NCBI GenBank assembly: GCA_003650185.1
Contig: QMOF01000001.1
Coordinates: 1-33,489 of the forward strand
DNA length: 33,489 nucleotides
From: Chloroflexota bacterium
GTDB lineage: Bacteria > Chloroflexota > Dehalococcoidia > UBA2247 > RBG-13-53-26
Reading direction: 5' to 3'
The notes beneath the pieces are model-generated. The model did not search any database. It was not told the origin of the DNA and saw only the letters and a list, made by a program, of their open reading frames with translations. Positions within the stretch are counted from its first letter, which is position 1. The number at the start of each line of letters is the position of its first letter. Of the stretch, positions 6,792-15,315 are shown one piece after another. The translations under genes were made by a program, and so were the position numbers.

Positions 6792-9002
6792 CTAGCTTTT
6801 CACCAGGTCAAAATAGGGTCCGAAATCGGTCTCGGTGCACAGCCTTCCGATCTTCTGATACTCGCGCTTGGTGGCCTTGATCAGGTGCTCCATATTGATC
6901 GTCCGGCCATCAGAAGCAGCCAGGAAGGCAGCTCCCAGGGCTATGTTCTTGATATTGCCGCCAGTTATCTTGAACTGGCTGGCCATGAACTTTAGGTCCA
7001 CACCCTCTGAAACAGGTGCCTCTTTGGGGAACACGCGCTGCCAGATACGGTAGCGGTCCTCCTCTTCAGGAGACGGGAACTCAATGCTGAAATGCATCCG
7101 GCGGGCAAACGCCTCGTCCAGGTTCTTGCGCAAGTTGGTTGCCAGGATGACTATCCCGTCGTACTCCTCCATCTTTTGCAGAAGGTAGGCGATTTCGATA
7201 TTGGCATAGCGATCGTGCGAGTCCCTCACCTCCGAGCGCTTGCCGAAGAGAGCATCTGCCTCATCAAAGAACAGGATGGCATTCGAATCCTGCGCCTCCC
7301 GAAATATCTTGTCCAGGTTTTTCTCGGTCTCACCGATATACTTGCTGACCACCGTGGACAGGTCGATCCTGTAAAGGTCGAGCCCCAGTTCGCCACTTAT
7401 GATTTCCGCAGCCATGGTCTTGCCCGTGCCAGAGGGGCCAGCGAAAAGTACGTTCAGACCCAGGCCCAGCGATAGCTTCTTCTCGAAGCTCCACTCCCCG
7501 TACACAACCTCCTTGTATCGAACATGGTTGGTGATCTCGCGGAGTTGGGCCATCTGGTCGTTGGGCAGGACTATGTCTTCCCAGGTAAACTTGGGCCTTA
7601 TCTTTCGTGCCACGGTGCTGAGTTTCTGATTGGACTGGGCACGGCAGGCTGACTGAAGGTCTTCCATGTCAATGTGAGCCTGTCCGTTCCCTCGGGCCAG
7701 CGCCATATTCCTGGCATTGGCCACTGCGTTACGAATCTGTCCACCGGTCAGGCGGAACTTGCTGGCCAGCGCCTCGAGATCGACACCAGCCCCGCACAGT
7801 CCACTGTCCAGATGCGCTCCCCACAGCTGTCTGCGGGCGCCGAACCCCGGTGTCGGCAGATCGATCTTCACCAGCGGCTTGCCGTCCAGCACACTCTGTG
7901 GCTCCCGGGTGACCCGGCTGCCCAAAAACACCAGTCCCGGCCATCGCTCCGTCCACTCCAGGATGCGTGCGCGCAGAGCCTCGAGATTCCTGTCTTCTTC
8001 CAGGAGCGCCTCGTAGCTGTCCCAGTACACGGCACCCTTCTGTAGCAATGCCTCGCGCCCAATGACTTGCAGGGCAACCTCTATCGGAACCTCCCCCGCC
8101 AGCATCCGGGGAATGTCGACAATGAGCAGCGGCATACCGAACTCGTGGCAAACAGCTTCAGCCGTCATCCGCTTCCCAGCACCACGTGGCCCCTGCAGGA
8201 AGAATGCCACCCCGCTGGTCGGGCTCTTCTCTTGAACCATCCTCTGTATGCGCTCCCTGATGTCCGGAGGCAACAGGACATCCGACAGCCCCACTTGGGG
8301 CTGTCGCAGGCTGGCGAAGGCAGCCAGGCGTACGTCGACCTCGTCCCAACCGAGGAGATAGTCCACCACCCGCTCCTCCACTCTCACGGCCTTCTCCAGG
8401 AGACAGCCACTGTCCGCTGAGCGAGCGTCCACCAGCGAGACCAGGCGATGGGTCAGCAGTTGGCCCTGGGGCAGAAAGATTGCCCTGAGCGCCAGCCTCT
8501 CCTCCGCAGAGCGTGCGATCAGCCGCAGGACAAGGTCAACCGTGGGCTCTTTCCTGGTCACGTCGTCCTGAAGGTAGGCGAAAAGCCTCTGGTACTTGAG
8601 GTCCAGATCAGGCAGCAGGGCAACCACGATAGTGTCGACCTCCGCCGCGGTCAAACCAAACGCCTGCCTCAAATACTCCAGCCTCAACTCAGCCCCGGAT
8701 TCCCGGGCCCTGTCCCTTTGCTCCCTGATGGTCTCCTCAACTGTGCGTAGATATTCGTCAAGCCTCAGCGCCGCCGCGTCCGATGACGCCGACTTAGACG
8801 TCCGACCCTCGTCGGGCTCGGATGAGAGCAGGCTGTCTATCTCCTCCTCAGATATATACAACCCCCGAAACTCGTCCCAGCTCCCCTGGGACCTCTGCCC
8901 ACGGAGTGCAATGACCTCGCGGCGCAGCATCAGGTCTATACGCCTGGCCTCTGCCAGGAGATGGTCCAGACTGCCGTCAAACCCGCTCATCCCTGGCCTC
9001 AT
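6792..9002 (-). CDS. AAA+ ATPase, Afp15-like (CDC48-type, degenerate D1 + active D2)
   Basis: 736 aa. D2 has Walker A GPSGTGKT, Walker B ILFFDEADALF and the second region of homology ATNLRKNLDEAFARR. D1 has a degenerate P-loop (GPRGAGKR) and no clear Walker B. An alternative ATG at 8990 has a better SD (GAGG). Confidence 0.9.
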   Translation of the reverse strand: MRPGMSGFDGSLDHLLAEARRIDLMLRREVIALRGQRSQGSWDEFRGLYISEEEIDSLLSSEPDEGRTSKSASSDAAALRLDEYLRTVEETIREQRDRARESGAELRLEYLRQAFGLTAAEVDTIVVALLPDLDLKYQRLFAYLQDDVTRKEPTVDLVLRLIARSAEERLALRAIFLPQGQLLTHRLVSLVDARSADSGCLLEKAVRVEERVVDYLLGWDEVDVRLAAFASLRQPQVGLSDVLLPPDIRERIQRMVQEKSPTSGVAFFLQGPRGAGKRMTAEAVCHEFGMPLLIVDIPRMLAGEVPIEVALQVIGREALLQKGAVYWDSYEALLEEDRNLEALRARILEWTERWPGLVFLGSRVTREPQSVLDGKPLVKIDLPTPGFGARRQLWGAHLDSGLCGAGVDLEALASKFRLTGGQIRNAVANARNMALARGNGQAHIDMEDLQSACRAQSNQKLSTVARKIRPKFTWEDIVLPNDQMAQLREITNHVRYKEVVYGEWSFEKKLSLGLGLNVLFAGPSGTGKTMAAEIISGELGLDLYRIDLSTVVSKYIGETEKNLDKIFREAQDSNAILFFDEADALFGKRSEVRDSHDRYANIEIAYLLQKMEEYDGIVILATNLRKNLDEAFARRMHFSIEFPSPEEEDRYRIWQRVFPKEAPVSEGVDLKFMASQFKITGGNIKNIALGAAFLAASDGRTINMEHLIKATKREYQKIGRLCTETDFGPYFDLVKS

Positions 9003-9216
9003 GGTCTTGCACAGTCACGCCCAGCGCAGCGTCCTCGTCTGTTGAAGCGGAGTAGCTCGGCGGTGGGCTCAAGTGGCCCATGATGAACTCCATCATTTTC
9101 TCCGGCCTCAGGAAGTGCACCGCCTCCTGGGTACCAACATGCTGGACATATCCCCGGCTCATCCTGTGCTCTTCGTCCACCCAGATCTTGACCACAAATG
9201 AACTATAGTGACCCAT
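8977..9216 (-). CDS. small hypothetical protein, first ORF of the eCIS operon
   Basis: 79 aa (MGHYSSFVVKIWVDEEHRMSRGYVQHVGTQEAVHFLRPEKMMEFIMGHL...). It overlaps the ATPase start by 14-26 nt, suggesting translational coupling. It lies directly downstream of the phased repeats and -10 candidate. Only a weak SD (GGGTGG) is present. Confidence 0.5.
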   Translation of the reverse strand: MGHYSSFVVKIWVDEEHRMSRGYVQHVGTQEAVHFLRPEKMMEFIMGHLSPPPSYSASTDEDAALGVTVQDHEARDERV

Positions 9217-9285
9217 TCAACCACCCGTGAGCCCCCACATTAGACACACTCTAGACCGGGGCCACTGTCAGTGCTCCAATGAGTA

Positions 9286-9340
9286 AGGTTAGTAGGTAAC
9301 GGTGAATATCCGGATAATTGACGGTGAATCGGCGGTGAAT
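9286..9340 (-). promoter_or_regulatory. three phased direct repeats ATTCACCG (11- and 22-bp spacing) plus -10-like TAACCT: candidate SARP-dependent promoter of the eCIS operon
   Basis: Plus-strand CGGTGAAT occurs at 9300-9307, 9322-9329 and 9333-9340. On the minus strand the promoter-proximal repeat is followed by 8 nt and then TAACCT (9286-9291). The site lies 120 nt downstream of the SARP gene stop and ~70 nt upstream of the first ORF. Confidence 0.5.
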
Positions 9341-9459
9341 CAGCCGCTCGGGGGGCAACACGTGGCAGATTGCCCGGATGGGGCCAGCTTCGAAAGGGGA
9401 ACGCAACGCCGCGTGGGGGCATGGGGGCTTTGATAGCGGGGATTGTGAAGGGAGGGTGC

Positions 9460-10509
9460 CTAGATGTGCTCGCCGCTCAACAGCTTCGTGTACAGTCCCA
9501 CCGTGCGGGCATCCGGGGATACCTCCAACTCGGCTTTCATGGTCCTCTCGCACAGGCGGTACCAGTTTATGGCCCGGCTGCGTTGCCCGAGGCGACTGTG
9601 ACAGCACATCAGGCGCTGGTAGGCGTCCTCACGGCACGGGTCCTTGGTCAGTATCTTCTGGCAATACACAATGCAGCCTTCATAGTCATCTTGTTTCATG
9701 GAATAGTCGGCCAGTCGGCCCAATATGGCAAGATAGGTGTCTTTGACAGCCTCGCGCCGCAGCGTGGTCCACTCCTCGTAGAGGTTGTCCTCCATGTAGT
9801 CACCTTTGTAGAGCGACTCAGCCGTCTGATGCTCCTTAATTGCCTCGGCAATCTCTCCCTGCTTCTCCAGGCGCTTTGCGGTCTGCCAATGGTGCTCGAA
9901 CTCGTCAACGTCCAACCACAGATCAACCGCTGGGTTGATCATGTAGTTTCCGTCCTGGCATAAGATCCATGCAAAATCACCGTTCGACCCATGGGCTGCG
10001 CCCAGAGCCTGCCGCAGGGCTCGCGCCGCCGCCTTCAAGTTGTTGTTTGCCAGTGAGGGCTCCCAACCCGGCCACAGGGCCTCCATCAGTATGTCTTTGG
10101 CAACCGGATGGCCACGCTGGCCCACGAGATACTTTAGCAGAGACTTCGCCTTGGTGCTGTGCCACTGGTCAATCTTGATGCAACCGACGCGCACCTGGAA
10201 TCTGCCCAGACAATACACCTCAAGAGTGGGGACAGCAAGAGTTTCGCCAGATGTCATTACGCTGTTACAACCGGAGCGCTGACCGTCAGCAACGATCAAA
10301 CTCCCATTTCGCTCCGCAGCGTTTTTCTCCAGGGCCTCAAGAGCGGTGCGCAGATGCTTACCTGTAGCAGCTTCCCTCTGGCCCAGGTACAAACTGACGT
10401 TGTCTAGTTGCTCGATAGCCCGACGGTAGTCGCGCTGCACCAATCTGAGGATTTCAACAGCGGTCTGGTAGGGGTTAGCCAGCTCGTCGTTTGTGTCCGC
10501 CTTTCGCAC
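9460..10509 (-). CDS. SARP-type transcriptional activator (OmpR-like winged helix + BTAD domain) with ~100-aa N-terminal extension
   Basis: 349 aa. LEVYCLGRFQVRVGC..I..W.S.KAKSLLKYLV....PV.KD.LMEALWP is the wHTH pattern. LWLDVDEFE........G....A......A..LY.GDYMED.LYEEW....RE........L..LA is the BTAD pattern. The C-terminus is TPR-like. Confidence 0.8.
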   Translation of the reverse strand: MRKADTNDELANPYQTAVEILRLVQRDYRRAIEQLDNVSLYLGQREAATGKHLRTALEALEKNAAERNGSLIVADGQRSGCNSVMTSGETLAVPTLEVYCLGRFQVRVGCIKIDQWHSTKAKSLLKYLVGQRGHPVAKDILMEALWPGWEPSLANNNLKAAARALRQALGAAHGSNGDFAWILCQDGNYMINPAVDLWLDVDEFEHHWQTAKRLEKQGEIAEAIKEHQTAESLYKGDYMEDNLYEEWTTLRREAVKDTYLAILGRLADYSMKQDDYEGCIVYCQKILTKDPCREDAYQRLMCCHSRLGQRSRAINWYRLCERTMKAELEVSPDARTVGLYTKLLSGEHI

Positions 10510-10679
10510 GCTTGACCAGTCCTTCCTGGTATCCCGTGACCGGGAACAAGCAGCCTTGTGTCCACCTCACCAGGGTTCAACCAGGGCGTGTTGGACGCAC
10601 CTAATCTACACGTCCGAAGCTAATACCATACCAAGAACTGCGAAGCGCCGGGCGCGCCCACCGCGCCAGCTTGCCCATA

Positions 10680-10723
10680 AGAATACCACGGCGCCGGTTA
10701 AAAGAGAATTGCAGAACGGTTAA
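10680..10723 (-). promoter_or_regulatory. two direct repeats TTAACCG spaced 22 bp plus -10-like TATTCT: possible autoregulated promoter of the SARP gene
   Basis: Plus-strand CGGTTAA occurs at 10695-10701 and 10717-10723. On the minus strand the proximal repeat is followed by 9 nt and then TATTCT (10680-10685). The core TT(A/C)ACCG is shared with the 9300-9340 repeats. Confidence 0.35.
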
Positions 10724-10743
10724 GAAAAGGTCTCAATATCGCT

Positions 10744-11067
10744 TCATTTGTTGCTGCAGGGTAACTCGACACAGGGGTGCCGCTCCATTATGGCGCGCTT
10801 TTTACCCGCACCTGCCGCCACACAAACCCCAGCCAGGAAATCAGCGCACGGCAGGCCAGCAAACTGCTCCCAGGCGGCGAACACCCCTGCCGCGGATTGA
10901 CCGAGCGCTGCCTCCTCCGGTATCAAGGTTACGAAAACAAAAAATACGCCGATCAAGAAGACTGCTCCAGCTACTGCTCCCCCCACCAGGCATCCCCCCG
11001 CAACTGAGCCCTCCTTCAGCCATTCTTTGCACCCTCCGCTCCTCCTTGCAGAACGCCATGACCGCAC
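10744..11067 (-). CDS. possible small membrane protein (start uncertain)
   Basis: The ORF contains hydrophobic stretches (GGAVAGAVFLIGVFFVFVTLI, FLAGVCVAAGAG). It has no convincing start/SD and may be non-coding. Confidence 0.25.
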   Translation of the reverse strand: MRSWRSARRSGGCKEWLKEGSVAGGCLVGGAVAGAVFLIGVFFVFVTLIPEEAALGQSAAGVFAAWEQFAGLPCADFLAGVCVAAGAGKKRAIMERHPCVELPCSNK

Positions 11068-11189
11068 CCGACCTCAGACACCTCGTCTGAGCCGGCGGCC
11101 GGCAGAAGAGTTACGCGAACTGAAGGGGAAACGAGGGCCGTGGCCCTTGAGTACCTCTCAGACAGCAAGCGGCACACCTTGTTTACCAC

Positions 11190-11684
11190 CTAAGGGAAAG
11201 GTGGTCGATACTTGATGTCAAGCTCCTTCAAGGCGCTGTTGCGCAGCTTTGTCAGCGACTTCCAGAGCGCTTCCCGCTCTTCTTTTGAGAGAGACGACAT
11301 GATCTTGCTTATTATCCGTCTCTTCTCTCTCGAACGATGGTAGAATTCTTCGCCTTTCTCCGTGACCTCAATCCTGACGAGGTTCTTCCTATCCAGGTCT
11401 CGCACCCTCCTGACCAGCCCCTGGGCCTCCATGCGGTCCAACAGTCCCGATATCGTGTGCGGCTCCCGAAACAGCACGCGCGATATCTTTGCTGGCGTCA
11501 CCGGCCCATCCAGGCTCTTGACGAAGAACAACACCGTAGCCTTCGCCATGGTGATGTCGGCTTGTCTGAGCTCATGCTCCCTGGCCCGCGCTATTGCGTC
11601 TCGGGCCTGGTGCAGCAGGGCCCACAGCCTGAAGTCCTCGTCAGCGTCTACAGCCGTCACTCGCGATTTGGGCATGATCGGCAT
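11190..11684 (-). CDS. MarR family transcriptional regulator
   Basis: 164 aa. The winged-helix pattern is ...ITMAKATVLFFVKSLDGPVTPAKISRVLFREPHTISGLLDRMEAQGLVRRVRDLDRKNLVRIEVTEKGEE. Confidence 0.85.
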   Translation of the reverse strand: MPIMPKSRVTAVDADEDFRLWALLHQARDAIARAREHELRQADITMAKATVLFFVKSLDGPVTPAKISRVLFREPHTISGLLDRMEAQGLVRRVRDLDRKNLVRIEVTEKGEEFYHRSREKRRIISKIMSSLSKEEREALWKSLTKLRNSALKELDIKYRPPFP

Positions 11685-11806
11685 ACCCGCGACATATCTC
11701 TTGCGTCACCACGTGTGGCGGAATACTATCACAAATTCACAGTGCCCTGCCACCAGAAAGCTATGCCGCCCAAGCACCTGTCCTCAGCGCCAGGCGTACC
11801 CCGCCG

Positions 11807-11998
11807 TCAGTCGGCTCTTTCGAGGTAGATAGCCGAGCCCTCAAAGTCTATTCTTTTCAGCACTCCCTCTATCTCCTTCGTCTCGCCAAAGAGGGTGGAC
11901 AGCCGGACCTGGCCCCCCTCGATTTCCATGAGAGCCACGTCTTCCGCAAGAAGCTCCGGCTCGCCTTTTCCTTCCGCATAGGCTTTTGCCAGGCACAT
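11807..11998 (-). CDS. CooT-family nickel-binding protein-like
   Basis: 63 aa starting MCLAKAY... The Cys2 and overall length/beta pattern resemble CooT (the MC.AK N-terminus, from memory). Its start abuts the stop of the upstream ORF (TAGATG). Confidence 0.65.
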   Translation of the reverse strand: MCLAKAYAEGKGEPELLAEDVALMEIEGGQVRLSTLFGETKEIEGVLKRIDFEGSAIYLERAD

Positions 11999-12214
11999 CT
12001 AGCCCTCCTTCAGCTTCTCCAGAGCAGCAAGCAGGAACTCATTCCCTTTCTTCACTTGCTGGGCTGCTTGCGCAATGGCCGCGCGGACTGCATCTTCTCC
12101 CAAGCCCCCGGCCTTCTCGGCCCACTCCATGAACTCTTCAGCATGCTCACTGTTGTGCTCAATCCAATGATCCAACAGTATCTTCAGCTTCTCTCTATCG
12201 CTCATCTCCGGCAC
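11999..12214 (-). CDS. small helical His/Glu-rich protein of unknown function
   Basis: 71 aa (..LKILLDHWIEHNSEHAEEFMEWAEKAGG...). It is translationally adjacent to the CooT-like gene. The start is GTG 12214 or ATG 12205. Confidence 0.5.
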   Translation of the reverse strand: MPEMSDREKLKILLDHWIEHNSEHAEEFMEWAEKAGGLGEDAVRAAIAQAAQQVKKGNEFLLAALEKLKEG

Positions 12215-12366
12215 GACGCTACCCCGCGCTTGTGTTCGGCGCTATTATACAGCATGGCCACGCTGGTATGAAGTGTGCCCCATAGAAACCACCTCCCGTG
12301 ATTGCCGATCGCCATCTTGAAATGCTCATGCCCCCAGAGCACAGGACAAGCGACCACCGTAGTCGG

Positions 12367-12759
12367 TCAGTCGTTGTCCCTGTCCCTCCCATCCAGGACA
12401 CGGTACTCAACGTCTATCACCCGAGCCCTGGTGTCGATCTCCTTTCTCCACCGGCGCACCAGCGACCAGACCCTGAAACCGACCACCCCGGAAAGGATGA
12501 GCAGGAAAGTCACCATGAGCAAACCTGCCACCAGGAACAGTGGCAAGGCCAGGATGGTCAGGGACAAGAGCAGCCAGTCCAGCAGGAGCCCCCGTCCGGT
12601 CCTTCGCAGTTTGCCTACATATCCAAGGCGGTACACGTTCATCAGGGAACCCCGCACCACCTCCGCCCACCATGGAGACCATCCGCTGGCGGGCGGCGTA
12701 TATTCGTGTAACCCCTTGAGTGGTCCCAAGGCTGGCGCATGCTCATCATCCGGCCTCAA
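12367..12759 (-). CDS. small membrane protein (two predicted TM helices)
   Basis: The hydrophobic core is LLLDWLLLSLTILALPLFLVAGLLMVTFLLILSGVVGF. The track start is TTG 12759, overlapping the upstream gene by 14 nt. The ATG at 12642 is an alternative start. Confidence 0.5.
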   Translation of the reverse strand: MRPDDEHAPALGPLKGLHEYTPPASGWSPWWAEVVRGSLMNVYRLGYVGKLRRTGRGLLLDWLLLSLTILALPLFLVAGLLMVTFLLILSGVVGFRVWSLVRRWRKEIDTRARVIDVEYRVLDGRDRDND

Positions 12760-13780
12760 AAAAAGCTTTCAGCTTCCTGGCGGTGTCCTCCGGCGGAGTC
12801 TCGATGTCCGCCTCATAGTGGAACCTCTCCAGAATGCCTGTATCGTTGCGGTAGAAGGGCTGGAATACCGGTCTCGAGATCAGCTTGGCGTGCAGACAGT
12901 AGTATGGCACCTCCTCTCCCAGGCGCGCCGAGAAAGTGCAGAGGTTAAAGGAATTGATGCCCATCCGGTCGTAAGCCCGCAGCAACCTGACCACGCAGTC
13001 GGCGAAGTCCGACGCTTCCTCTGGCCTCAGGCCCATCAAGTTGCTGCTGCCCCTGAATATGATCAGGGCTTCCCTGTTCCCCTGGGGTGCAAAGGGGGCA
13101 ATAACAGCCACTGAATTGTGCTCCCCTATATACCTCTCTCCCCTTCGCTTCTCCTCCTCAACCACGTCACACCAGAAACACCGCCCATACCTGGAGAAGT
13201 AGTCCCGGCTGCACTGAAGCAGCCTATCCTGATATGGGGTCGGCTTCCTGTCCACCAGTACCTGGACATGGGGATGGAACATGCTTGCCGCACTGGGTGG
13301 AAGATGGTTCCACAGATAGATGGGGTACCCGACTTCCTGGGCATGATGACTGACCCTCGCCAGATACTCCCTGGTCGCTGTCAGGTTGTCAACCAGCATG
13401 TACGGCTCGAACTGGTCCAGTTCCAGGAAGTGCCTCGAAGTCAAGGTACCGGTGGCGTGGTACTCAGCCAGAGGATACAGGTTCGGAAAGAAGCAGCAAT
13501 CGCCGCTCCTGATTCTGCCTTCCGCACAAAGCTCTGCCGGGAACAGGGGGGTGGCCTGCTCGACGTTCTCCGGACAGAAGGGACATTCATCCGGCTTACC
13601 TACCACCTGGCTGAAGTCGGCCTTCGCCGAGGTTTCCTTCAGTCTTTCTGCCCTCCTGACGTTGATGCGGCACCGTGCGCCGGTGAGGGGGTCTTCTCTA
13701 TACTCAATCGACTGGGTCTCCCTGCCGAAGGAGTGGGGAGACAAGAACACCGAAGTCGCAGCCACCTTGTGGAATTTCAT
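12746..13780 (-). CDS. galactose-1-phosphate uridylyltransferase (GalT)/HIT-superfamily nucleotidyltransferase-like
   Basis: 344 aa. It has the CPFCPEN zinc motif and the FHPHVQV histidine-triad-like active-site motif (HxHxQ) typical of the GalT family. Substrate is not inferable. Confidence 0.7.
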   Translation of the reverse strand: MKFHKVAATSVFLSPHSFGRETQSIEYREDPLTGARCRINVRRAERLKETSAKADFSQVVGKPDECPFCPENVEQATPLFPAELCAEGRIRSGDCCFFPNLYPLAEYHATGTLTSRHFLELDQFEPYMLVDNLTATREYLARVSHHAQEVGYPIYLWNHLPPSAASMFHPHVQVLVDRKPTPYQDRLLQCSRDYFSRYGRCFWCDVVEEEKRRGERYIGEHNSVAVIAPFAPQGNREALIIFRGSSNLMGLRPEEASDFADCVVRLLRAYDRMGINSFNLCTFSARLGEEVPYYCLHAKLISRPVFQPFYRNDTGILERFHYEADIETPPEDTARKLKAFFEAG

Positions 13781-13856
13781 TCAGTCCTTTGCCTCGGCCC
13801 TCGCAGGCCGGCGGCGATCTGGACACGCGCCACCTTTGCAGGGCAGAGTGAGCAGA

Positions 13857-14963
13857 TCAGCGCGGGCGCTTCCTTCTCAATTCCTGGAACCTTCTCAACA
13901 GTTCCTTCTGCTCTTCGGTCAGGTCAGTGGGGGTGACGACCTTTGCCACCACGTACTCGTCGCCTCTGCCGTGACCGCCTAGATGCGGGATTCCTGCATT
14001 GGCAATCCTGAACACCGCCCCATTCTGCGTCCCTTCAGGCACCTCTAGCATCAGGCTGCCCTCCAGGCCCGGTATGCCATCAATCTGGCCCCCCAGGGCT
14101 GCCAGGGACATATCAATTTCCTTCACCACATATATGTCATCGCCATGCCGCTCGAAAACCGGGTGCTTTTCCACATTCACAACGACATACAGGTCCCCGC
14201 TCTCCGCGCCGTCAGGGCTGGGCTCTCCCTCGCCCTCAACCCTGATGTTGTGCCCCGTATCTGCGCCCGGAGGAATGTTGACCACGATCTCTCTTACCTT
14301 CTCAATGGAGCCCTTGCCGCGGCACTCCTGGCACGGGTCCGCTATAACCCTGCCTCTCCCTCCACACTCATTACAGACGGTTATCTGCCGGATGACGGTG
14401 AAACCCGACCTGTGTTCGCTTATTGACTGCCCCGAGCCGCGGCAGGTGCGACACTCTTTCAGACCTCCTTCCTTCGCTCCCGAGCCTCCGCACGCACCGC
14501 AAGTCTGCACCCGGGGTATCTCGATCTTCTTCTCCTTGCCAAAGGCTACATCCTCCAGGGTGACCGACAGGTCATATCTCAAGTCAGCGCCTCTGCGGGC
14601 CCGTCTGGTCCTGCCTCCTCTGCGCCTGCCAAAGAAGCTGTCAAAGATGCTTTCACCAAATCCAAAGCCTCCACCGAAGAGGTCATCGAGAATACTGCTA
14701 AAGTCAACGCCCCTGAATATGTCTTCCTGGGTGAGACCCTCGAGCCCAGCATGGCCATACGTATCGTACAGCCGCCTTTTCTGCCTATCGCTGAGCACTG
14801 CGTAGGCCTCGTTTATCTCCTTCATCTTCTCCGCAGCCGCTGGGTCGCCCGGGTTTCGGTCGGGGTGATACTTCATGGCCAGGCTGCGATAAGCCTTTCT
14901 CAACGCAGCCTCATCAGCGTTCTTGTCTACGCCCAAGACCTCGTAGTAGTCCAGCTTAGCCAT
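13857..14963 (-). CDS. dnaJ: molecular chaperone DnaJ
   Basis: It has the J domain ([12 protein letters not shown]...YHPDRNP), a G/F-rich region, four CxxCxGxG zinc-finger repeats and the C-terminal domains. The ATG at 14963 (MAKLDYYE) is preferred over the TTG at 14978. Confidence 0.95.
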   Translation of the reverse strand: MAKLDYYEVLGVDKNADEAALRKAYRSLAMKYHPDRNPGDPAAAEKMKEINEAYAVLSDRQKRRLYDTYGHAGLEGLTQEDIFRGVDFSSILDDLFGGGFGFGESIFDSFFGRRRGGRTRRARRGADLRYDLSVTLEDVAFGKEKKIEIPRVQTCGACGGSGAKEGGLKECRTCRGSGQSISEHRSGFTVIRQITVCNECGGRGRVIADPCQECRGKGSIEKVREIVVNIPPGADTGHNIRVEGEGEPSPDGAESGDLYVVVNVEKHPVFERHGDDIYVVKEIDMSLAALGGQIDGIPGLEGSLMLEVPEGTQNGAVFRIANAGIPHLGGHGRGDEYVVAKVVTPTDLTEEQKELLRRFQELRRKRPR

Positions 14964-14980
14964 AACGCCGTTCTGCAACT

Positions 14981-15259
14981 CTACTCAGACCCATTCCCTT
15001 TCTCTTTGTCACTGGCGGCGTTTGCTTCCATCTTCTCCTCGCCACCCTCACGGCCGGGCGCAGAGCCTGCCGCACTGTTCTTGGCCCTGCTGTCGGTAAC
15101 ATAGAAGCCCGGCCCTTTGAAGATTATCGGCACGGGCGAGAAGACGCGCCGCCCGTCGCCCCCGCATTTGGGGCAGCGGGCCCCAGAATTCTCCCCGAAA
15201 GCCTTCCTCACCTCAAAGCCGAGTGAACATGATTCGCAGAAATACTCATATATCGGCAA
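14981..15259 (-). CDS. FmdB-family zinc-ribbon protein (CxxC_CxxC_SSSS)
   Basis: The conserved N-terminus (M)[10 protein letters not shown]....F.......ARCPKCGG is present. The TTG at 15259 has GGAGGTG 5 nt upstream, so the track start at 15277 is probably too long. Confidence 0.8.
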   Translation of the reverse strand: MPIYEYFCESCSLGFEVRKAFGENSGARCPKCGGDGRRVFSPVPIIFKGPGFYVTDSRAKNSAAGSAPGREGGEEKMEANAASDKEKGNGSE

Positions 15260-15286
15260 CTTGCACCTCCCAAGCAACCGAGCGAA

Positions 15287-15313
15287 TTAGCACTCGAACC
15301 TCTAGAGTGCTAA
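15287..15313 (-). promoter_or_regulatory. CIRCE operator (HrcA binding site)
   Basis: A perfect match to the consensus TTAGCACTC-N9-GAGTGCTAA: TTAGCACTC (15287-15295), gaacctcta, GAGTGCTAA (15305-15313). It lies 27 nt upstream of the fmdB-like start. Confidence 0.9.
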
Positions 15314-15315
15314 TT

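Noticed and set aside
12302-13982. Long plus-strand ORFs (270, 272 and 198 aa) opposite the GalT-like gene
   Set aside because: These are shadow frames of a gene with clear family motifs (CPFCPEN, HPHVQ).
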